Origin: Rhynchopus sp. YZ270_cl-10
Lineage: Eukaryota
DNA: 64,000 nucleotides
Direction of reading: 5' to 3'
Assembly: GCA_964035575.1 (NCBI GenBank)
Contig: OZ037844.1
Location: 434,001-498,000, forward strand
Made by a program: the position numbers and the translations under genes
Shown: in pieces, positions 46,511 to 56,945 of the stretch
How the letters are laid out: each line of letters starts with the position of its first letter
How positions within the stretch are numbered: the first letter of the stretch is position 1
Notes under the pieces: generated by a model
The model's database searches: none
What the model saw: only the letters and a program-made list of their open reading frames with translations
Told to the model about the DNA's origin: nothing

Positions 46511-47887
46511 TCATTCTTCTGCACCGTGCTTGAGGAGAACCTGCTCCACATCTGTATGTTGTTTCTGCCTCGCATCGTGCAACGCAGTGTGGCCCAACAA
46601 ATTCCTCCGGTTCACATCCACCTTGTTCAAGCCCGCAAGATAGCGCACAGTCTCAGTGTGTCCAACGTCAGCCGCAAGGCTGAGACATGTGCCCCCAGTT
46701 TCGTCCGCCGCACTCACATCCGCACCTGCTTCGACTAACATCTGCACATTTTCGAGTTCCCCAACCTCACAAGCATAGTGAAGAGGTGTCCTTCCGTGTG
46801 TATTCTCCCATGTAGGTCCCGTGCAATTCTTTCCCTCGATGTCTGCCCCTGCATCAATGAGCACCTGCACCACATCTGGGTGCTTCTGTGACACTGCGTG
46901 GTGCAGTGAAGTAGTGCCGCTGGTATTTGACTGATTCACATCCACCTCAGGCATGCACAGAAGAGTACGCACAGTCTCAGTGTGATTATAAGTAGTCGCA
47001 AGGGTAAGACATGTCTCCTCAAGGTTATCTGTGACACACATTCCCGCACCTGCCTTGAGCAACACCTCCACAACACGGAGATGCCCAAACCTGCTCGCCA
47101 CGAGGAGTGGCGAACGTCCTTGCTCATCCTTCACCTCGATGTCTGCACCTGCATCAATGAGCACCTCCACCACACCTGCATGGTTTTGAAGTACTGCACA
47201 GAACAACGCAGACAAGTCCTCAGCTTCGTGATTCACGTCCACATCCTTCAAACGCAACAGATAGCGCACAGTCTCGGTGTGTCCATAGCATGCCGCAAAC
47301 ATAAGACATGTGTTTCCGAAGTTGCAGGTAACACGCACATCTGCACCTGCCTTGACCAACATCTTCACAACATCGAGTGCTCCTGAACAGCAAGACCAGT
47401 GCAGAGGTGAACGTCCGTCCTCATCCTTTGTCTCGATGTCTGCCCCTGCATCAATGAGCACCTGACACACTGCAGGGTCCTCCCACATGGCTGGACAGGG
47501 TCGCCTATATATGACCTCCTGCCCGTGTGGGACACACGCATCGTTGCTGCAGACTGACTTCCAATGCTGCAAGAGGACCTCCGTGCACGCAGTGTGGTCT
47601 GCGTGGATGCACTCACTCAGCAGCATCCCGAAGCCCATCTGCGTTGTCTCAACATACGGAAGAAGCAGTGCGAGGCATTCATCGTGGTTCCCTCTGCATG
47701 CCTCGTGCACAGCATCGAAGGAAACTGTTTTGCTGTCTGTGTCTGGGCTGAGCTTCTCAAGTCCCGCCCGCACGGCAGTCGTGTCGCCGTTCCTGGCAGC
47801 CTCCACCAAGACCGAGTCTGCAGAAAGCTTTCTTCTCTTTGGTGCCTTCTCGTCAGGTGTGCTGTCTGCGTGTTGCTCCTTCGACAT
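46511..47887 (-). CDS. Ankyrin-repeat protein copy 6 (458 aa, 3 modules)
   Basis: Ankyrin consensus; intact ORF. Confidence 0.92.
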   Translation of the reverse strand: MSKEQHADSTPDEKAPKRRKLSADSVLVEAARNGDTTAVRAGLEKLSPDTDSKTVSFDAVHEACRGNHDECLALLLPYVETTQMGFGMLLSECIHADHTACTEVLLQHWKSVCSNDACVPHGQEVIYRRPCPAMWEDPAVCQVLIDAGADIETKDEDGRSPLHWSCCSGALDVVKMLVKAGADVRVTCNFGNTCLMFAACYGHTETVRYLLRLKDVDVNHEAEDLSALFCAVLQNHAGVVEVLIDAGADIEVKDEQGRSPLLVASRFGHLRVVEVLLKAGAGMCVTDNLEETCLTLATTYNHTETVRTLLCMPEVDVNQSNTSGTTSLHHAVSQKHPDVVQVLIDAGADIEGKNCTGPTWENTHGRTPLHYACEVGELENVQMLVEAGADVSAADETGGTCLSLAADVGHTETVRYLAGLNKVDVNRRNLLGHTALHDARQKQHTDVEQVLLKHGAEE

Positions 47888-48737
47888 GGTTTGTGAAGAT
47901 GTTGATATTCAATGTTGTGTCATTTATGCTGTTTCTTTTTGTGGAGGTTGTGAGGTGAGTGGTGGGTGTCCCTGCACTGCCTTCCCACCCCAGACAAGCA
48001 CAGCCACAGTGGAAACGGGGTGGTGTGGAAGTCCCCCTCCTGAGGGTGGTGGTGGGAATCTATCTGCCTTGAGACGAGGAGGTGAGGGAGGGGGTCTGTA
48101 AGAGAAACACATCATCCAGTCTTGTTCATGTTGGTAATGAAATCTTAACGCACAGGCTCTGTTGATTCTAAAAAACGGGGGGTAAAAGATCGCGAATGGA
48201 AAAATGGGGAAGAGGTTGAAATGTTAAAACGCTTCCTCACCCCAGATCACACTAAAATACAAAGGTTTGGCTTTCAATGGTCTTCTGAAGATGAAAAAGC
48301 CTTCTTCTTTCTTCTTCTTTTTGTCGGTTTTTTTATTTTTTGAAGAATATAAAAACTTATCTCGAAATGGTCAGTTCAAGATCGAACAGAGAGAATGAAG
48401 CAACCCGAAACCCTCCAAGGCCAAATGGTCTAATGTTGTATTGACATAGTGTGGGGGAGAAGTGAGGAGGGCGAGAATCGTTCACGAAGACTAAAAGATT
48501 TCCTAAGATATATCACAGTGTCCCCCATGTCCCCAAATATCTGCGTACCCCAACCCTCCATCAACAAAAGAGCGCATGGAGAGGAAGGCAATACGGCTGA
48601 AGAACTTGACTTTGAAAGAGAAGTTGTGACAGAGAAACGCCTCCCCATGCATCTTTACCTGTTAACGTCCAACCCCGTACAGTCGAGAATGGTCGTCTGA
48701 AGACTGTTCACCAAATGTAGTCGACGCGTCCACAGCG

Positions 48738-50996
48738 TCATTCTTCTGCACCGTGCTTGAGGAGAACCTGCTCCACATCTGTTTGTTGTTCCTGCCTCGC
48801 CTCGTGCAACGCAGTGTGGCCAAACAAATCCCTGTGGTTCACATCCACCTTGTTCAAGCCCACAAGATAGCGCACAGTCTCAGTGTGTCCATAACCCGCT
48901 GCAAAGATAAGACATGTGCGTCCGTGATCGTCTGCCTCACACACGCCCGCACCTGCTTTGACCAACATCCTCACAATGTCGAGCTCCCCACCCTCACAAG
49001 CACAGTGAAGAGGTGTGCTTCCTCTATCATCCTTTGCATCGATGTCTGCCCCTGCATCAATTAGCACCTCCACCACATCTGAGTGCTTCTGTGACACTGC
49101 GCGGTGCAGTGAAGCGCGGCCGCTATTATTTGAGTGATTCACATCCACCTCAGGCATGCACAGAAGAGTACGAACAGTCTCAGTACATCCTTTGGCAGCC
49201 GCGAGTGTAAGACACGTGTCTCCTTCATAGTCTGTGACACACACGTCCGCACCTGCCCTGACCAACACCTTCACATCCCCCACCTTCCAAACCTCGCTCG
49301 CCACGAGGAGTGGCGAACGTCCTTGGTGTTGCTTCACCTCGATGTCTGCCCCTGCATCAATCAACAGCTCCATCAAACCGTTGCGATGTGCATGTACTCG
49401 CCAAGCTGCATGGAGCAACGCAGTGCAGCCGTCATTATCCTTGTGATCCACGTCCACCTCTGGCAAGCCCACAAGATAGCGCACAGTCTCGGTGTGTCCA
49501 AGATATACCGCAAGGCTGAGACATGTGTCCCCGTGGTTGGCTACCGCACACACGTCCGCACCTGCTTTGATCAACTTCTCCGCAATTTCGAGTTGCCCAC
49601 CCTCACAAGCACAGTGAAAAGGTGTCCTTCCTGTGATAGTGTTGGCCTCAATGTCTGCCCCTGCATCAATGAGTACCTCCACCACAGCTAAGTTCCCCTG
49701 TGTTGCTGCGCAGTGCAGCGAAGTGGAGCCACTGCTATTTGCCTGATTCACGTCCACATCAGGCATGCACAGAAGAGTACGCACAGTCTCGGTGCGTCCA
49801 CAAGCAGAGGCAAGGGTAAGACATGTCTCCCCAAGGTTGTCTGTGACACACACGTCCGCACCTGCTTCGATCAACACCTTCACAACACGGAGGTTCCCAC
49901 ACTTACTCGCCACGAGGAGTGGCGAACGTCCTCGCTTTTCCTTGGCCTCGATGTCTGCCCCTGCATTAATGAGCACCTTCACCACATCTGCATGGTTTTG
50001 CTCAGATACAGCGAGTAACACAGTGGAGCCGTACCTACCGTTGTGATTCACGTCCACCTCCTTCGAGCCAACGAGATAGCGCACAGTCTCGGTGTGTCCA
50101 TGATATGCCGCAAATATAAGACATGTGTGACCAGCGTTGTCCGCGACACACACTCCCGCACCTGCTTCGACCAAGACTTTCACAATTGCTAATTCTCCTG
50201 AACGACAAGCCCAATGCAGAGGCGAACGTCCCATGTCGTTCTTTGCCTCGATGTCTGCCCCTGCAATGAGCAGCTGCACCACACCTGAGCGCTTCTTAAA
50301 CACTGCGCAGTGTAGTGGAGTGTTGCCCCTGTTATCTGACTGATTCACGTCCACCTCAGGCATGCACAGAAGAGTACGCACAGTCTCAGTGTGTCCCTTC
50401 GCAGCCGCATAGAAAAGACAGGTTTTCCCTTTGTTGTCTGTGACACACACTCCTGCACCTGCGTCGACCAACATCTTCACAACATCGAGTGCTCCTGAAC
50501 GACAAGCAAAGTGCAGAGGCGAACGTCCCATGCCGTCCTTTGTCTCGATGTCTGACCCTGCATCAATGAGCACCTGACACACTGCAGGGCCCTCCCACAT
50601 GGCTGGACAAACACGGTTATTGGTGCCCTTGTACCCGTGTGGGACAAACGCAACGTTGCTGCAGACTAACTTCCAATGCTGCAAGAGGACCTCCGTGCAC
50701 GCAGTGTGGTCTGCGTGGACGCACTCACTCAGCAGCATCCCAAAGCCCATCTGCGTTGTCTCAACATACGGAAGAAGCAGTGCGAGGCATTCATCGTGAT
50801 TCCCTCTGCATGCCTCGTGCACAGCATCGAAGGAAACCGTTTCGCTGTCTGTGTCTGGGCTGAGCTTCTCAAGTCCCGCCCGCACGGCAGTCGTGTCGCC
50901 GTTCCTGGCAGCCTCCACCAAGACCTTGTCTGCAGAAAGCTTTCTTCTCTTTGGTGCCTTCTCGTCAGGTGTGCTGTCTGCGTGTCGCTTCGACAT
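48738..50996 (-). CDS. Ankyrin-repeat protein copy 7 (752 aa, 6 modules)
   Basis: Ankyrin consensus; intact ORF. Confidence 0.92.
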   Translation of the reverse strand: MSKRHADSTPDEKAPKRRKLSADKVLVEAARNGDTTAVRAGLEKLSPDTDSETVSFDAVHEACRGNHDECLALLLPYVETTQMGFGMLLSECVHADHTACTEVLLQHWKLVCSNVAFVPHGYKGTNNRVCPAMWEGPAVCQVLIDAGSDIETKDGMGRSPLHFACRSGALDVVKMLVDAGAGVCVTDNKGKTCLFYAAAKGHTETVRTLLCMPEVDVNQSDNRGNTPLHCAVFKKRSGVVQLLIAGADIEAKNDMGRSPLHWACRSGELAIVKVLVEAGAGVCVADNAGHTCLIFAAYHGHTETVRYLVGSKEVDVNHNGRYGSTVLLAVSEQNHADVVKVLINAGADIEAKEKRGRSPLLVASKCGNLRVVKVLIEAGADVCVTDNLGETCLTLASACGRTETVRTLLCMPDVDVNQANSSGSTSLHCAATQGNLAVVEVLIDAGADIEANTITGRTPFHCACEGGQLEIAEKLIKAGADVCAVANHGDTCLSLAVYLGHTETVRYLVGLPEVDVDHKDNDGCTALLHAAWRVHAHRNGLMELLIDAGADIEVKQHQGRSPLLVASEVWKVGDVKVLVRAGADVCVTDYEGDTCLTLAAAKGCTETVRTLLCMPEVDVNHSNNSGRASLHRAVSQKHSDVVEVLIDAGADIDAKDDRGSTPLHCACEGGELDIVRMLVKAGAGVCEADDHGRTCLIFAAGYGHTETVRYLVGLNKVDVNHRDLFGHTALHEARQEQQTDVEQVLLKHGAEE

Positions 50997-51775
50997 GGTT
51001 TGTGAAGATGTTGATATTCAATGTTGTGTCTTTTATGCTGTTTCTTTTTGTGGAGGTTGTGAGGTGAGTGTGGGTGTCCCTGAAGGAATCTATCTGGCTT
51101 GAGACGAGGAGGTGAGGGAGGGGGTCTGTAAGAGAAACACATCATCCAGTCTTGTTCATGTTCGTAATGAAATCTTAACGCACAGGCCTCTGCCGATTCT
51201 AAAAAACGGGGGTAAAAGATCGCGAATGGAAAAATGGGGAAGAGGTTGAAATGTTAAAACGCTTCCTCACCCCAGATCACACTAAAATACAAAGGTTTGG
51301 CTTTCAATGGGGTGGGTTCTTCTTCTGAAGATGAAAAAGCCTTCTTCTTTCTTCTTATTTTTGTCTGTTTTTTTATTTTTTGAAGAATATAAAAACTGAT
51401 CTCGAAATGGTTCAAGATCGAACAGAGAGAATGAAGCAACCCGAAACCCTCCAAGGCCAAACGGTCTAATGTTGTATTGACATAGTGTGAGGGAGAAGTG
51501 AGGAGCACGAGAATCGTCTTCACGAAGACTAAAAGATTTACTAAGATATATCACAGTGTCCCCCATGTCCCCAAATATCTGCGCACCCCAACCCTCCATC
51601 CACAAAAGAGCGCAGGCAGAGGAAGGCAAAACGGCTGAAGAACTTGACTTTGAAAGAGAAGTTGTGACAGAGAAACGCCTCCCCATGCATCTTTACCTGG
51701 TAACGTCCAACCCCGTACAGTCGAGAATGGTCGTCTGAAGACTGTTCACCAAATGTAGTGGACGCGTCCACAGCA

Positions 51776-54037
51776 TCATTCTTCTGCACCGTGCTTGAGG
51801 AGAACCTGCACCACATCTGCATGTTGTTCCTGCCTCGCATGGTGCAACGCAGTGTGGCCCAACAAATCCCTCTGGTTCACATCCACCTTGTTCAAGCCCA
51901 CAAGATAGCGCACAGTCTCAGTGTGTCCATACTGTGCCGCAAACATAAGACATGTGTGTCTGTTGATTGCCTCACACACGTCCGCACCTGCTTTGACCAA
52001 CATCTGCACAATGTCGAGTTCCCCACCCTTGCAAGCACAGTGAAGAGGTGTGCTTCCTCTATCATCCTTTGCATCGATGTCTGCCCCTGCATCAATGAGC
52101 ACCTGCACCACATCTGAGTGCTTCTGTGACACTGCGCGGTGCAGTGAAGCGCGGCCGCTATTATTTGAGTGATTCACATCCACCTCAGGCATGCACAGAA
52201 GAGTTCGCACAGTCTCAGTACATCCTTTGGCAGCCGCGAGTGCAAGACAGGAGGCTCCTTCATTGTCTGTGACACACACGTCCGCACCTGCCCTGACCAA
52301 CACCTTCACATCCCCCACCTTCCAAACCTCGCTCGCCACGAGGAGTGCCGAACGTCCTTGGTGTTCCTTCACCTCGATGTCTGCACCTGCATCAATGAGC
52401 ACCTCCACCACACCTATATGTACTCGCCCAGCTGCGACGAGCACCGCAGTGTTGCCATAGTTATCCTTACGATTCACGTCCACCCCTGGCAAGCCAGCAA
52501 GATAGCGCACCGTCTCGGTGTGTCCAAAATAGGCAGCAATGATGAGACATGTGTCCCCGTGGTTGGCTACCGCACACACGTCCGCACCTGCTTCGACCAA
52601 CATCTTCACAAGACGGAGGTTCCCACATTTACTCGCCACGAGGAGTGGCGAACGTCCTCGCTTTTCCCTCGCCTCGATGTCTGCCCCTGCATTAATGAGC
52701 ACCTTCACCACATCTGCATGGTTTTTCTCAGCTACAACAAGCAACGCAGTGTAGCCGTACCTACCGTTATGATTCACGTCCACTCCCTTCAATCCAACGA
52801 GATAGCGCACAGTCTCGATGTGCCCACAGGTTGCAGCCAGCGTAAGACACGTGCGTCCTTTGTTGTCTGTTACAAGTACATCCGCACCTGCTTCGACCAA
52901 CATCTTCACAATAGGGAGTTCCCCTTTCGAGCAAGATAAGTGTAGAGGTGTACGTGAGTCCTTATCCTTTGCCTCTATGTCTGCCCCTGCATCAATAAGC
53001 ACCTGCACCACATCGGCATGATTTTTACGCACTGCACAACACAACGCAGACAAGTGGTCGTCAGCTTTCTGATTTACTATCTTCGACGCAGTGTGGTCCA
53101 CGTCCACAAGATAGCGCACAGTCTCGGTGTATCCATGATACGCCGCAAATATAAGACATGTGTGACCAGCGTTGTCCGCGACACACACTCCCGCACCTGC
53201 TTCGACCAAGACTTTCACAATTGCTAATTCTCCTAAACGACAAGCCCAGTGTAGAGGCGAACGTCCCATGTCGTTCTTTGCATCGATGTCTGCACCTGCA
53301 TCAATGAGCAGCTGCACCACATTTGAGTGCTGCTGTGAAACTGCGCCGTGCAGTGAAGTGGAGCCACTGGTATTTGCCTGATTCACATCCACCTCAGGCA
53401 TGCACAGAAGAGTACGCACAGTCTCGGTGTGTCCATAGGCGGTTGCTAGGGTACGACATGTCTCCCCAAGGTTGTCTGTGACACACACTCCTGCACCTGC
53501 TTCGACTAACATCTTCACAACATCGAGTGCTCCTGAACGACAAGCACAGTGCAGAGGAGAACGTCCCATGTCGTCCTTTGTCTCGATGTCTGCCCCTGCA
53601 TCAATGAGCACCTGACACACTGCAGGGTCCGCCCACATGGCTGGACAGTCACGGTTATTGATGTCCCTGCGCCCGTGTGGGACAAACGCAACGTTGCTGC
53701 AGACAGACTTCCAATGCTGCAAGAGGACCTCCGTGCACGCAGTGTGGTCTGCGTGGACGCACTCACTCAGCAGAATCCCGAAGCCCATCTGCGTTGTCTC
53801 AACATACGGAAGAAGCAGTGCGAGGCATTCATCGTGGTTCCCTCTGCATGCCTCGTGCACAGCATCGAAGGAAACCGTTTCGCTGTCTGTGTCTGGGCTG
53901 AGCTTCTCAAGTCCCGCCCGCACGGCAGTCGTGTCGCCGTTCCTGGCAGCCTCCACCAAGACCTCGTCTGCAGAAAGCTTTCTTCTCTTTGGTGCCTTCT
54001 CGTCAGGTGTGCTGTCTGCGTGTTGCTCCTTCGACAT
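51776..54037 (-). CDS. Ankyrin-repeat protein copy 8 (753 aa, 6 modules)
   Basis: Ankyrin consensus; intact ORF. Confidence 0.92.
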   Translation of the reverse strand: MSKEQHADSTPDEKAPKRRKLSADEVLVEAARNGDTTAVRAGLEKLSPDTDSETVSFDAVHEACRGNHDECLALLLPYVETTQMGFGILLSECVHADHTACTEVLLQHWKSVCSNVAFVPHGRRDINNRDCPAMWADPAVCQVLIDAGADIETKDDMGRSPLHCACRSGALDVVKMLVEAGAGVCVTDNLGETCRTLATAYGHTETVRTLLCMPEVDVNQANTSGSTSLHGAVSQQHSNVVQLLIDAGADIDAKNDMGRSPLHWACRLGELAIVKVLVEAGAGVCVADNAGHTCLIFAAYHGYTETVRYLVDVDHTASKIVNQKADDHLSALCCAVRKNHADVVQVLIDAGADIEAKDKDSRTPLHLSCSKGELPIVKMLVEAGADVLVTDNKGRTCLTLAATCGHIETVRYLVGLKGVDVNHNGRYGYTALLVVAEKNHADVVKVLINAGADIEAREKRGRSPLLVASKCGNLRLVKMLVEAGADVCAVANHGDTCLIIAAYFGHTETVRYLAGLPGVDVNRKDNYGNTAVLVAAGRVHIGVVEVLIDAGADIEVKEHQGRSALLVASEVWKVGDVKVLVRAGADVCVTDNEGASCLALAAAKGCTETVRTLLCMPEVDVNHSNNSGRASLHRAVSQKHSDVVQVLIDAGADIDAKDDRGSTPLHCACKGGELDIVQMLVKAGADVCEAINRHTCLMFAAQYGHTETVRYLVGLNKVDVNQRDLLGHTALHHARQEQHADVVQVLLKHGAEE

Positions 54038-54628
54038 GGTTTGTGAAGATGTTGATATTCAATGTTGTGTCTTTTATGCTGTTTCTTTTTGTGGAGGTTG
54101 TGAGGTGAGTGTGGGTGTCCCTGAAGGAATCTATCTGGCTTGAGACGAGGAGGTGAGGGAGGGGTCTGTAAGAAAAAAACATCATCCAGTCTTGTTCATG
54201 TTCATAATGAAATATTAACGCACAAGCTCTGCCGATTCTAAAAAACGGGGGTAAAAGATCGCGAATGGAAAAATGGGGAAGAGGTTGAAAGAAAAAATGT
54301 TAAAACGCTTCCTCACCCCAGATCACACTAAAATACAAAGGTTTGGCTTTCGATGGGGTGGGTTCTTCTTCTGACGATGAAAAAGCCTTCTTCTTTCTTC
54401 TTCTTTTCGTCTGTTTTTTTATTTTTGAAGAATATAAAAACTTATCTCGAAATGGTCAGTTCAAGATCGAACAGAGAGAATGAAGCAACCCGAAACCCTC
54501 CAAGGCCAAATGGTCTAATGTTGTATTGACATAGTGTGGGGGAGAAGTGAGGAGGGCGAGAATCGTCTTCACAAAGACTAAAAGATTTCCTAGACTGTTC
54601 ACCAAATGTGGTCGACGCGTCCACAGCA

Positions 54629-56277
54629 TCATTCTTCTGCACCGTGCTTGAGGAGAACCTGCTCCACATCTGCACGTTGTTCCTGCCTCGCATCGTGCAA
54701 CGCAGTGTGGCCAAACAAATCCCTGTGGTTCACATCCACCTTGTTCAAGCCCACAAGATAGCGCACAGTCTCAGTGTGTCCATAACCCGCTGCAAAGATA
54801 AGACATGTGCGTCCGTGATCGTCTGCCTCACACACGCCCGCACCTGCTTTGACCAACATCTTCACAATGTCGAGCTCCCCACCCTCACAAGCCCAGTGAA
54901 GAGGTGTGCTTCCTCTATCATCCTTTGCATCGATGTCTGCCCCTGCATCAATTAGCACCTCCACCACATCTGAGTGCTTCTGTGACACTGCGCGGTGCAG
55001 TGAAGCGCGGCCGCTATTATTTGAGTGATTCACATCCACCTCAGGCATGCACAGAAGAGTACGCACAGTCTCGGTGTGTCCACAATAAGCTGCAATAGTA
55101 AGACATGTGTTACCTTCATTGTCTGTGACACACACGTCCGCACCTGCCCTGACCAACACCTTCACATCCCCCACCTTCCAAAACTCGCTCGCCACGAGGA
55201 GTGCCGAACATCCTCGGTTGGCTCCCTTCACCTCGATGTCTGCCCCTGCAGCAATGAGCACCTCCAAACCACACCTATATGCACTCGCTCAGCTGCGACG
55301 AGCACCGCAGTGTTGCCATCGTTATCCTTACGATTCACGTCCACCCCTGGCAAGCCAGCAAGATAGCGCACAGTCTCAGTGTGCGCAAAAGCAGCCGCAT
55401 AGCTGAGACATGTATCCCCGCGGTTGTCTACTGCACACACGTCTGCACCTGCTTTGAGCAACACCTTCGCAATTTCGAGTTTTCCATTATGACAAGCACA
55501 ATGAAGAGGTGTGATTCGTCTCATTGTCTCAGCCTCGATGTCAGCCCCTGCAGCTATGAGTACCTCCACCACAGCTAAGATGTCCTGTGTCGCTGCGCAG
55601 TGCAGTGAAGTTGAGCCGCTGTTATTTGACTGATTCACGTCCACCTTAGGCATGCACAGAAGAGCGCGCACAGTCTCGGTGTGTCCATGATATGCTCCAA
55701 ACATAAGACCAGTGATACCAGCATTGTCTGTGACACACACTCCCGCACCTGCTTCGACCAACATCTTCACAACATCGAGTGCTCCTGAACGACAAGCAAA
55801 GTGCAGAGGCGAACGTCCGTAGTCATCTTTTGTCTCGGTGTCTGCCCCTGCATCAATGAGCACCTGACACACTGCAGGGTCCTCCCACATGGCTGGACAG
55901 GCACGGTGCTCCTGCCCGTGTGGGACAAACGCAACGTTGCTGCAGATTGACTTCCAATGCTGCAAGAGGACCTCCGTGCACGCAGTGTGGTCTGCGTGGA
56001 TGCACTCACTCAGCAGAATCCCGAAGCCCATCTGCGTTGTCTCAACATACGGAAGAAGCAGTGCGAGGCATTCATCGTGGTTCCCTCTGCATGCCTCGTG
56101 CACAGCATCGAAGGCAACCGTTTTGCTGTCTGTGTCTGGGCTGAGCTTCTCAAGTCCCGCCCGCACGGCAGTCGTGTCGCCGTTCCTGGCAGCCTCCACC
56201 AAGACCTTGTCTGCAGAAAGCTTTCTTCTCTTTGGTGCCTTCTCGTCAGGTGTGCTGTCTGCGTGTCGCTTCGACAT
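54629..56277 (-). pseudogene. Ankyrin-repeat family copy 9 (4 modules; single +2 frameshift near 55266)
   Basis: CCTCCAAACCACACCT here versus CCTCCACCACACCT in copy 8. Could be an assembly error. Confidence 0.8.
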
Positions 56278-56945
56278 GGTTTGTGAAGATGTTGATATTC
56301 AATGTTGTGTCTTTTATGCTGTTTCTATTTGTGGAGGTTGTGAGGTGAGTGGTGGGTGTCCCTGCACTGCCTTCCCACCCCTGACAAGCATAGCCACAGT
56401 GGAAACGGGTGGTTGTGGAAGTTTCCCTCCTGAGGGTGGTGGTGGGAATCCATCTGCCTTGAGACGAGGAGGTGGTCTGCAAGATAAAAACATCATTCAG
56501 GTCATTGCACAGTACTATTCATAAGGATAGACATGCAATTCTCCTTATCATGTTGGGTGAGTGACAATGTTCTGTGTTGATTGGTGGGGAAACGCACATA
56601 AAATCAAGAAAGTCTTTTTTTTCTTCATTACATGGGCGGGAAGAGTTTTTGGGCTCGGTTCGTATATTCAGAATCAGAATTTCAGAGGAGCAAAAACTGA
56701 AAGCGAGTGGACAACACTGGCCTAATTCATTGGTGATGACTGTTCTGGGAGGTTGCCACGTTGCAAATATGAAGGTGGCATCTTGCTGTTTGCATCCTTA
56801 TCAGAGTCGCATGGAAGTGCTAGTACCCCATAATAGGCTTTCTGGACCAATGCGCATTAGGCAGGCTTGCTTGTACCTTCGACTGAGCTGGTGTCAACCT
56901 TCCTCTGAAGTCTGTTCACCAAATGTGGTCGACGCGTCCACAGCA